A stretch of 63,261 bases of DNA, the filler included, from Octopus bimaculoides (lineage: Eukaryota), in the NCBI RefSeq assembly GCF_001194135.2. It is 5 parts of 4 records of this genome, joined end to end, with 100 filler letters (N's around TTAATTAATTAA, not from the genome) between each part and the next. Parts side by side here need not be neighbours in the genome. Positions count along the whole stretch, not along the records: positions 41,698 to 56,035 come from NC_068984.1; positions 56,136 to 59,672 come from NC_068984.1; positions 59,773 to 63,261 come from NC_068982.1; 2 more parts are not named here. The stretch is one strand, 5' to 3'. Below the pieces are notes generated by a model. That model searched no databases. It was not told where the DNA came from and worked only from the letters and a program-made list of their open reading frames with translations. Made by a program: the position numbers and the translations under genes. The number at the start of each line of letters is the position of its first letter. The stretch's first letter is position 1. Below, one piece after another: positions 52,520 to 63,261 of the stretch.

Positions 52520-52594
<75 letters not shown>

Positions 52595-53294
52595 CAATAT
52601 AATATAATTGGCATAGTACACTAAAATACATTATATAGCAATAAACTCTACAAACCTGGCGCTGATCGTGACAATCCCACATACATGCATACATACATAC
52701 ATACATACATACATACATACATACATACATACATACATACATACATACATACATACATACATACATAGCACTTCCACTCGTTGTTGCTGTTTAAATCAAT
52801 ACCAACCCTGATCGAGAAGACCCGTGATCAAAGGTGGTCCAACCATGACACTACCACATTATTTTCAGCTATACTATATCTAGGACCACATAATCGAATA
52901 AAGTAAAATTCGACGTGTTAAGCTAATTGTTGTTAGTCTATAAACTGTCAGGCAATTTGTGTACTTTAGACATAACGAAGTCGACCTGCTTTCTGGTGTG
53001 TTGCAAAGATACATTTCATCTGACATTTTGGATTGCAGTGTGATAGAAAGTAGAGTGGTTGTTTGACTTGCAAATGCTGGCTTCATTTGATATATTCTCG
53101 AATGTGAAGTAGAATCGATGTTGCCAATGTATAAATTCACTCTTTGGCACAACATGTAATGCTAAATATACGTTGATAATGCTTAATAAATCTAATCTCG
53201 GAACAAGTAAAAACCTGATCCCATTCTCATTCACTTTCTACTTTCTTCTTTCCTACAATTAAGACTGTTAAAAGCAAGACATTTTTCTTTTGTC

Positions 53295-53345
<51 letters not shown>

Positions 53346-53761
53346 AATCTATCTATCTATTTATATTTATATAAGGGGCATTATTACAGAATAATAACGC
53401 CACACACTGGACTTCTCAAAATAAACACATATTTTTTAGTACCGAATGAGAGGAAACAACCAACAGAAGAAAAGGTGATTTTCTTCTGTTGGTTGTGTTT
53501 CCTCGCATATCTATCTATTTATATATATATATANNNNNNNNNNNNNNNNNNNNNNNNNNNNNNNNNNNNNNNNNNNNNNNNNNNNNNNNNNNNNNNNNNN
53601 NNNNNNNNNNNNNNNNNNNNNNNNNNNNNNNNNNNNNNNNNNNNNNNNNNNNNNNNNNNNNNNNNNNNNNNNNNNNNNNNNNNNNNNNNNNNNNNNNNNN
53701 NNNNNNNNNNNNNNNNNNNNNNNNNNNNNNNNNNNNNNNNNNNNNNNNNNNNNNNNNNNNN

Positions 53762-53802
<41 letters not shown>

Positions 53803-54875
53803 TTCTCACTCTATATATGTGTGTGTGTGTTTCTTAATTTCTTCTGGCCATTCCATACATACATACCTACCTATCTATTTATCTATCTTTATATCTATCT
53901 ACCCATCTATCTATATATCTGTTTGCCTATCTCCACGTTTATCCATCCATCCAGCCGTCTATATACCTATCTATCTCCCAATCTATCTTTGAACCTACCG
54001 ATCTGTCTGTCTGTCTGTCTTTCTGTCAGTCTATCAATCAAACCATCTATCAATCTCTCTAGCTATCCATGAAGGTCTATCCATCTACCCATCCATCTAC
54101 TCACTTATCCATCCATCCATCCATCCATCCATCCATCCATCCATCCATCCACATCCAGCCACCGTTCCATCTATCTAACTATCTGTCTGTTAGTTTATTT
54201 ATCTATCTATCATCTTTTTATCCATTCCACCATCTTTTTAATCAATCGATCTATCTAAACATCTACCTGTCTATCTATCTAGCCGTTATTTAATTCGTCT
54301 ATCTATTTATATGTTCATCCACCCTTCTTTCTCTATATCCACCAGTGCAACCATCTATTCATCTATGTCCATCCATCCATCCATCCATCCATCCATCCAT
54401 CTATATATATATATNNNNNNNNNNNNNNNNNNNNNNNNNNNNNNNNNNNNNNNNNNNNNNNNNNNNNNNNNNNNNNNNNNNNNNNNNNNNNNNNNNNNNN
54501 NNNNNNNNNNNNNNNNNNNNNNNNNNNNNNNNNNNNNNNNNNNNNNNNNNNNNNNNNNNNNNNNNNNNNNNNNNNNNNNNNNNNNNNTATATGTATATAT
54601 GTATGTATGTATATTTGTATGCATGTATGTATACAACTACCTAACTATATATTTATGTATTATCTTCCAGCTTGCCTCTCTATTTAACACTTTATGCTTA
54701 ACAACAGTCACATTAATACCAATGACGTTAAGTTTCTCAAGGATTGTGTAGAAACGTGCGAATGAAATACTTTTGGGATATTGAAAGACCAAAACACTGG
54801 AAATTTTTGAAAGAAATGTCAACAGGAAACACCATTCTATGCTTTGTAAGAATATATTTATCGTGTGCAAGACAG

Positions 54876-55205
54876 AGAGAGGAGGAAGAGGACGAGGAGG
54901 GAGAAGAAGACGCGGTGGACGAGGAGAAGGAGAACGAGGAGGGAAGAAGAGGACGACGAAGTGGTGGTGGTGGTGGTAACGATGATGATGACGATGATGA
55001 CGAAGGAGGAGGGTGTAGGAGGGGAGGACGAGGAAAAGGAAGAGGAGGGGTAGTGGAGGAAGTGGAAGGTGGAGGAAGAAGAAGAGGGGAGGAAGAAGAG
55101 AAAGAGGGGAAGTAGAAGGGGATGGAAGGTAGAAGAGGAAGGGAAGAAGAGGAGGAGGAGAAGGAGGAGAAGGAGAAGGAGGAAGAAGAAGAGGGGAGGA
55201 AGAAG
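54876..55205. repeat. Purine-rich (GGA/GAA)n low-complexity tract
   Basis: Direct reading; explains the P/S/L- and E/G/R-rich ORFs at 54637-55293. Confidence 0.85.
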
Positions 55206-56324
55206 ACATTAGAAGTTCTTCGTTGATAGCAACAAAGTACTCCGTTTGGGTTTTTTCGTTTTTTTTTGTTGTTTTTTTCTCGAACCAACGCAATTTGTTT
55301 AGATCTGATGAAAGTGTGAAGATGGAGGGAGATTTACTAGTTGGATTTCTGAAAGAACAAGGAACCAGAACACGATAGAAGGTCTACGAAATGGGAAGAA
55401 GAATAACTTAGCATTTATGGATGCGTCCTGCAAATGGCGTGCTCCATTAAATTCTTTGAGTCGCGATTAATGTTCCATTGGCTTTCGGGAGAATTGGCTA
55501 AATTACATTATTATTGAGATATTATTAACTTACTATATACCTATCGGTGTTCTTGTTGCAGTTATACAGGATGGCATGTGTGCATTTACGACTGTATATG
55601 TATATGGGTGCCAATGAGAGTCTGTGCGTGTGTGTGTGCGTATATATGTCTGTGTATGTGTTTATGTGTGACTGTGTTTGTCTCTTTGACAAGGTGTTGT
55701 ATAAAATGTATGGATAGTTGACTATATGTCTATATATTCATCTGTCTACGTAGGGTCGACTGTAGATATTTGTGCATGCATGTGGGTGTTGGTTGCGTAG
55801 ACATGTGCGTATGTGTGTGTGGTACGTGTATGTGAGATTCTGTGTGTGTGTATGTGTGTGGTGTGCTGGCGTGTGTGTATGTGGTGTGTGTTATGTTCAC
55901 GCCCGCACGTGTGTATGTGTCTTGGTATGTAAGTTGTGTGAGAATGATGAAGAGCTTGTATAAATGTTGGAGATTATTTAGAAATATGCATTTACTCCAG
56001 CACAAGATTATATATGCATACATATATACATATATNNNNNNNNNNNNNNNNNNNNNNNNNNNNNNNNNNNNNNNNNNNNTTAATTAATTAANNNNNNNNN
56101 NNNNNNNNNNNNNNNNNNNNNNNNNNNNNNNNNNNGGAATTCGCCACACAGGGCAGATTTCCCGTGCAAACAAGTTGCACAACTGAATATATCAGTTGTT
56201 GCACAGCTTTTGTATATAAAATATGACTGAGAAACAAACTTTTTAGAAGCAAAAAAGGCAAAACTTACGGAGCCGATGTGTCTACCGTCCGTCCATGATG
56301 ATAGATAGATAGATAGATAGATAT

Positions 56325-56387
<63 letters not shown>

Positions 56388-57126
56388 TGCGTGAGTGTGA
56401 GAGTGTTATGAATATTCATATATTTTCCTGAAAGTTTGGTTCGAGAACTTTTGGGGATATCTGCCTTTGGAGCATTAGAGATAACGATTATAGCAAATAG
56501 ATAAATAGCATAAAATAAAATTAAAAATATATAATTATAAAGTAAAATAAAATTACAAATCTTTCAAAATGCCTTTCATTTCTCTTTCTTCCAATAGCTC
56601 CTTTTTTCTTTCTAAGCACGCAACAAAATGTAACTATTTCATTTTTTGCTTTACACTGAAATATTACTTCGAAAAACCTCTTCAATCTATTATATTCCGT
56701 ATGTACAAAAGATTCGTAAAATCAATTTTCCTTTCACATGGGTGGGGATTATGTAGAAATAAAGTGCGATGGAAGTTAGAAGCGGAGAATGCACCAATAA
56801 AAACCAATAACAGTAAAAACTGCAATAAATTTTGATGTGCTTATCCATTTGCTGCAAATGGAAATACGGATTTAAATTTAAAGAGCCGAAGATGTTCTTT
56901 ACATTATAGTAAAGATATCGCTTTGGTATCAACATGGTATTTTGTTTATGTTGTGTATTTAGTGGAAGGGATTTGTGAACATCGTGAACATTTGTGAACA
57001 TATGTTCACTTTGTTGATTTGCAAGCCAGTAGTTCTCTAGTGGGACAAGCCTGCAGAAGATGCCTTCCAGGGTTGTACCAAGCCACTTTCCGAAAACCTA
57101 CGCAACTGCCAATACATACATACATA

Positions 57127-57702
57127 ATTTTGGATAGAGAAGAGAAACTGTGTACAGTTGTGGAAATCAGCTGCCCAGCGGATGTTAACATAAAACTAAA
57201 AGATCAGCGAAAAAGAAAATACATATGCTGAATCATTGAGGAATCTACAGCTATTCTATCCAGGTTACAAGTTCAGATTTATAATTGTAATTATTGGGGC
57301 ACTGGGATTTGTAACACGCTGCCTAAATTACAATCTTGAGAAATTAAGCTTCTCAAAGCTAGAAAGGAGAAAGTTGATTCGAAGACTACAAATCCAAACC
57401 ATCACTGGAACTATAAAAATCTGTAAAACTTACAATAAGTTTATCATTTAAGTATATATGTGCTTGACTAGACATGCAACTATATGCACAAAATAAAACA
57501 TACAAATCTGCAAATATACAGACGTACATACATACCTAATACATACATACATGCATACATACATACAAACATACATACATGCATACACACATACAAAAAT
57601 ACCCGGTTAAAGTTGAAATTCCAGTGAATGAGCCTTGGATCTAGGTTAGAAACTGACTCTTTCTGTATTTGCAAGAAATTATGATATAAAACTGAATAAT
57701 GA
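57127..57702 (+). mobile_element. R4/Dong-like 5'-truncated copy
   Basis: ILDREEKLCTVVEISCPADVNIKLK.../LRNLQLFYPGYKFRFIIVIIGALGFV...TGTIKICKTYNKFII* is the RLE endonuclease end; begins right after (TACA)3; 57596-57702 is either more 3' UTR or a separate UTR-only insertion. Confidence 0.8.
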
Positions 57703-57959
57703 CATACATACATACATACATACATACATACATACATACATACATACATACATACTTGCATGCATGCATACATACAAACATACATGCATGCATGCATGTA
57801 TGCATACATACATGCATACATACATACATGCATACATACATACATACATAGATAGATACATGCATATATATACATACATACACACACACATACATACATA
57901 CATACATACATACATACATACATACATACATACATACATACATACATACGTACATACCT

Positions 57960-58580
57960 ATGCGGCACGATTTTGTTGCTAAAACAATTTACAATGTCAT
58001 CCGCAAAGAAGACTATCCTGAAATGAACTTAGAAAATCCCTCTGCTATGGAATACATTCATAAACACCAACTCAAGGAATACTGGTGGAATATTTCCATC
58101 AAAACTTCTGTGAAATGTAAAGATAACATACCGGATATTGTTGTTTGGGACAGAGGGGCAAAGGTATGTACCATCATAGAGGTCAGCTACCCTGCAGGTA
58201 TAAATATCTCTTTGAAAATCAAAGAAAAAGAGAATACCATGGTCAACTGGTTCGAAACCTCCAGCTTCTATATTCATTGAGTTGGTGTTTATCAATTCAT
58301 ATTCATGCCAATAATAATTGGAGCACTAGGCTTCTTTAGTAAATGCTTAAAGGAGAATCTGGATAAACTGGAATTTTTAGGAAGAGAAATCGACCGGCTA
58401 ATTCGTACATTACAAGTGCAATCATCGCGTGGAACAGTAAAAATATGCAAGACTTTTCAGAAGTTCCAAATGTGAATTTGTTTGTGTTAACTACATCCCA
58501 AAGATGGAGCCTTGTATCTTTGCTGGAAACCGGCTTCTTCGTCAGTGGAAGATTTATAATAAGTAAAAAATAAAAGAGAC
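57960..58580 (+). mobile_element. R4/Dong-like 5'-truncated copy
   Basis: RHDFVAKTIYNVI...KEYWWNISIKT...NIPDIVVWDRGAKVCTIIEVSYPAGINISLKIKEKENT then PIIIGALG...GTVKICKTFQKFQM*: RHD motif and PD...E..P RLE catalytic motif; (TACA)n on both sides. Confidence 0.85.
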
Positions 58581-58659
58581 ATACATACATACATACATAC
58601 ATACATATGTAGTAATGATTTGAAATTTTGGTACAGTGCCATAACTTTCAGGCGGGGAT

Positions 58660-58970
58660 AAGAATAAGTATTTATTTTATCGACCCTCGAAAGGATGAAA
58701 GACCTCGGCAGAATTTAAACCCAGGACATAAAGACGGACGAAATACCACAAAGCATATTGACCAGCGTGCTAACGATTCTTATTTCTTTATTGTCCACAA
58801 GGGGCCAAACATAGAGAGGACAAAGAAGGACAGACAAAGGTATTAAGTCGATTACATCGAAAGGATGAAAAGCAAAGTCGACCTCGGCGGAATTTGAACT
58901 CAGAGCGTAACAGCAGATGAAATATTACTAAGCATTTCGCCCGGCGTGCTAATGATTCTGCCAACTCGCC
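58660..58970 (-). mobile_element. SINE family B tandem dimer
   Basis: Full copy 58970-58790; its tail (ccccttgtggacaataaagaaataa) runs directly into a second head-truncated copy gaatcgttagcacgc. Confidence 0.75.
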
Positions 58971-59260
58971 AGTGGCTTACTGGTTTGGATATTCGGTTCA
59001 CGATTGTAAAGTTGTGAACTCGATTCCCGGAGGCGTGACGTTGTGTCCTTAAACAAGACACTTTATTTCATTTTGCTCCAGTCCACTCAGCTGGCAAAAA
59101 TGAGTAGTACCTGTATTTCAAAAGGCCAACTTTGTCACATTCTGTGTCACGCTGAATCTGCCTGAGAACTATATTAAAGGTATATAGTGTCAGTGGAGTG
59201 CTCATCCACTTGCGCGTTACTTTCACGATCAGGCTGTTGCGTTGCTTAAACAGTGCCCCA
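58971..59260 (+). mobile_element. tRNA-derived SINE: CORE-like middle plus the 46640-type tail
   Basis: ttgtgtccttaaacaagacactttatttcattttgctccagtccactcagctgg (as at 27050-27110) followed by gtcacattctgtgtcacgctgaatctgcctgagaacta (as at 46670-46710). Confidence 0.75.
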
Positions 59261-59464
59261 ACATACCAGCACAACGTACTGGTGATAGGCAGAGTTGTAT
59301 GTAGATAACTTCGATCCTCAGTTTAATAGCAACCACATCACATCTCAACAGCTAGTCATCGATCTACTAGTGTGGTAAGTACATTTCACGATTTATCGTA
59401 AATTGGGGAAAGAAGGATTTTGGAAGATAAGGTGTTTGTCCAAATATCTGCATTCATCCCTCCA

Positions 59465-59672
59465 CTCTCTCCACCGCCATCCACTAGAAACACACAGACT
59501 CACACTCATACCTCAACTTCTCCCCCCCCCCTAAACACACCAAGTTCTCCATCCCCTATTCCCAATTCCTCCATCTACGCAGGCTCTGCAGTGACAACCG
59601 TGACTTTGAGACTCAGTCTCAACTTATGGCACGCCACTTCAGCCTACGTGGATATCCCCTCACCACTACCTA
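59465..59672 (+). mobile_element. Penelope-like RT C-terminal remnant
   Basis: LSTAIH*KHTDSHSYLNFSPPPKHTKFSIPYSQFLHLRRLCSDNRDFETQSQLMARHFSLRGYP matches the PLE motif Y.K.TD...YL...SSHP...SIPYSQFLRLRR.CS....F......F..RGYP. Confidence 0.85.
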
Positions 59673-59772
59673 NNNNNNNNNNNNNNNNNNNNNNNNNNNN
59701 NNNNNNNNNNNNNNNNTTAATTAATTAANNNNNNNNNNNNNNNNNNNNNNNNNNNNNNNNNNNNNNNNNNNN

Positions 59773-59848
<76 letters not shown>

Positions 59849-60053
59849 TGTGTGCATACGTGTGTTGAGTATCATATTCTGTATCCAAGGTCATCATGTG
59901 CCTGTATGGATTTGTGAATGCGTTCAGAGACTTCAACGTTGGGTGAGAAGAAACTATATTCATATTTATTTTGAGAGGTAACGTACAATAATTTAAGGGA
60001 CACTACAGCCTCATGATACCAACTGGCAATAGCAGTTTTGGGGTTTGTACCGA

Positions 60054-60714
60054 GTAATAATAATAATAATCCATGGATAGAATTTATAAATATTTCAATG
60101 CATCGCTACGCGGGTTTCCACAAATCACATGTTACTTACTATCATAGTCCGTATTCTTAGGTTGATTACAGCACAGTCCGCAGTATCCATGGGCATCGGG
60201 TAAATCATACTCATGCGTTCAAATTCATCAGGCGATATGGCATTAGCGTTGGAAGCAACGGATGTATAATTGAGGGTTGTTTATCAATTTTGACCAATGA
60301 AAAGCTTGATTGTGTTATGTGGGCAGTTGTATGTGTATTTGATAGAGTAGAAGGTAGTGGAAAGAGGGAAAGAAGGATAATTATAATCACTGTTTCTTTC
60401 TCTTTCACCTTCTATTCCTCCCCACCAAATTTACACAGAGCTACTCACATATCCCAATCAACTTTTTCGTTGGTCAAAATTGATAAACGACCCTCAGTTA
60501 TACATCCGTTTCTTCCAGCGTTAATGCCATATCGCTTGAGGAAATGAACGAACGAATATAATCCGCCCTGTGTCCATACTGTGGACTCCACTGTGATCAT
60601 TTCAAGAATACGGGTAATGGTCGTAAGAAGCATGTGATATGTGGAAACGTGCTTAGTGATGCATTAGAATATTTATAAATTCCATCCATGGATCATTATT
60701 ATTATTATCATTAC
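60054..60714. repeat. ~660 bp imperfect palindrome (fold-back element)
   Basis: Left arm taataatccatggatagaatttataaatatt...gcgatatggcattagcgttggaagcaacggatgtataattgagggttgtttatcaattttgaccaa is the reverse complement of the right arm; centre near 60382. Confidence 0.9.
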
Positions 60715-60716
60715 TT

Positions 60717-60771
<55 letters not shown>

Positions 60772-63261
60772 NNNNNNNNNNNNNNNNNNNNNNNNNNNNN
60801 NNNNNNNNNNNNNNNNNNNNNNNNNNNNNNNNNNNNNNNNNNNNNNNNNNNNNNNNNNNNNNNNNNNNNNNNNNNNNNNNNNNNNNNNNNNNNNNNNNNN
60901 NNNNNNNNNNNNNNNNNNNNNNNNNNNNNNNNNNNNNNNNNATATGTCCTGATGTTTTGATGTCTGTAGGCTTGTATTTATGTGTTTGTGATTCTCCTTG
61001 ATTTCTAAGATATTCTTTATATGAAATAACATTTCTTTCCTTTCACTTTAGCATACCTGCGACTCAAGCATGCGGATATCGATGTATTTATGAACATGAA
61101 CCAAATGAAGAACCAAACGAAAAGAAGACAGCATATAACCAAAGGTAAAGAAAAACAAGAAATTATGGAGAAAGCACGATTGTAAATTAATATTGATTAA
61201 TACTGATCTTGTCTTCTTTAAGACTTGGTAACATTGGCTGTGCTGCTCTGAGCTGGCTTCACCAAATTAAGTTCATTGGGTGATTCCAATTATCAGTTGG
61301 AAAGTTTTCGTGTATATTTCACTAATGCCTTTTGCAAAGGTTCTGAATCTCACTGATTCCTGTCTTGGCTATGTATTTTGATGATATGTCCATCTATTTC
61401 GATGCGATATCCATTTCATTCAAGAGGATTCCATGTTGAACAAAACCAGCTTGCAAATCGTGTTTCACATTGCATCTTTCGACAAAACCAGCTTGCTAAT
61501 CATGTTTCACATCCTACCTGGAACCACTGGGCTTATTATGCGATAATGCATTTGAGAAGAGCATAAGCGTCAGAAATTCATATTTAGGTTTTCTATAAAC
61601 CAGGCACATTATTTTTATTCAATAAACCATTATGAAAGCATAACCGGTTATGTTTTCCACAGGGAAGACTTGTCATTAATGCAGTTTAGAAAAGTAAGAG
61701 CATCACATCACCCCATTCATTAGATATAGTGTATTATGCATGTCATTAGAAATTTCTCCTAAATTATTTTTCCCACTTTTCTCTTAAATTACTTTCTCTT
61801 AATTTATTTTCTCTTAAATTATTTTGGCCACTTAACCATTAAGTGAATCCAGCTTAAATGTCAACAGGCTTAGATATATAGTCGATTGAAATGTTTTAAA
61901 TAACTTGCTTGCATTCATTTAATCGATTTGAGATAAATGGAAAACAAATTTTGAACTTGACAGAATATGAACTTACAGCAACAGAAGGTCGAAACTAAAT
62001 GCTGAAGGCTATTTTATCCAGCGAGCCTCAGTTTTAACTAATTCACCGCCCGGGTTTTCTCTAGTAATAATGATTTTATCCACCAAGGTACTAGGCTCTT
62101 TTTAAAGATTAAAGATAATACCAGCTTTCTCGGTCGGTATATATTACTAACTACTACATATCTCCTGTGGCAAGTTGAAGTTACAAACGTAAAACAGAAA
62201 ATAGATGGTATGAAGTACCACGCTGCTCCGCATACATAACATGTGCGTCTATAACATGTGCACTAATGCATTTACGTTTATATATGATTTGTTATCGATT
62301 ACACTGGAGTGAGGCACTCGGTGGCTCTAGTTCTCTGAGAGCCTCTGAGTCTGGTGAACTGAAATTAGTTGGGTAGAGTTGTTAAAGTGTTAATTTTCGA
62401 TGATTCAGCCACATTAACCTTACCCAGTTAACCTCAGATAGAAAACATCAGTGATGCGTCTTGGGTGGAAATATGAGTGTGTTCAGAAAGATAAATGCAA
62501 TAAGCACCGAAAAATAAAGAAGGAAGAAATTTTTATTAGAATTAGTTGGATCTGGTGCAGAGTTTGTTCAAAGTAGAAACTATAGCAGTATTGAAAAAAA
62601 TAACAGAAGAGAGGGTACAGTTTGTCAGTGTGAAAGTGGTTGGAGATGGTTAGTGACTGAACGTTTTTCTCCGGTATAATCTAGAACGTGAGCGTGCCTT
62701 GGGTTGTTCTCTCATACGTTAATCAGGAGACAAAAGGCAGTACCCATTGACTATTCAGACCGTCCCTGATTGGTGAGGCCGATGCGGTTGATATTCGGTT
62801 TGAACATCCATAAATTAATGCTTTCAGAATAGGTGAGGATGGAAACTCAGTTGCAACTCGAGAGTGAAACAACTGGACAAAGATAGAAAGAGAAGATAGC
62901 AGTATCAAGTTGCTCCGAGTGTAGACACTATATATATAGGCATTTCGGAAAAGCAGAGACTTTAGCGAAAACTGAGTCTCTGGGAGCTGGAGATGGCAGC
63001 TTGTTAGTGAGTGATTCGTTACCAGCCATTCCTTGTATATTATTATGTGATGCAATAGTTGTTATTCCAAAAAATTTTATAGTCTTTTACACTTTCAGCT
63101 ACTCTGAAGAACTGTTACCAAGGCCTATTCAGTCGGTTTCAATAGTTATATTATCAGCCCAATATTCATTTTATGGATATGCATATTTATCAAATGACTT
63201 ACATCTTTATCATACCCTCACGTACATAATATACATACATATAAAGGTGTGTGTGTGTGTG

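Noticed and set aside
62723-63055. 110-aa minus ORF and cadherin-like phrases on the plus strand
   Set aside because: No convincing motif; multiple stops on the plus strand.
344-63261. Dozens of ORFs with HT/CV/YI/MYVC, poly-I/L/N or long X runs
   Set aside because: Translations of (CA)n, (TA)n, (TACA)n and (TAA)n microsatellites or of N gaps; no coding evidence.
1-63261. CRISPR array or prokaryotic operon
   Set aside because: No regularly spaced identical repeats with unique spacers and no gene-dense region.

Overview
AT-rich, microsatellite-dense, gapped eukaryotic DNA. The repeat content (tRNA-derived SINE families, Penelope-like ends, R4/Dong fragments, TTAGGG array) suggests a cephalopod, probably Octopus; this is an inference. 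No prokaryotic features, CRISPR arrays, rRNA or intact tRNA genes. Four identical artificial spacers (N44-TTAATTAATTAA-N44) show the window is five joined scaffolds. Nearly all long ORFs in the track are microsatellite, telomere-repeat or N-gap artefacts. Supported content: many SINE copies; decayed Penelope-like, R4/Dong-like, CR1/Jockey-type, mariner, Chapaev-like and hAT-like elements; a ~4.4 kb interstitial (TTAGGG)n array with higher-order structure; and three phase-compatible candidate exons of an unidentified minus-strand gene (30077-26634). Best leads: an apparently intact type I hammerhead ribozyme at 14521-14601 with a structured 3' flank, several variant hammerhead-like cores at Penelope-like ends, R4/Dong-like insertions bounded by (TACA)n, and a ~660 bp fold-back palindrome at 60054-60714.
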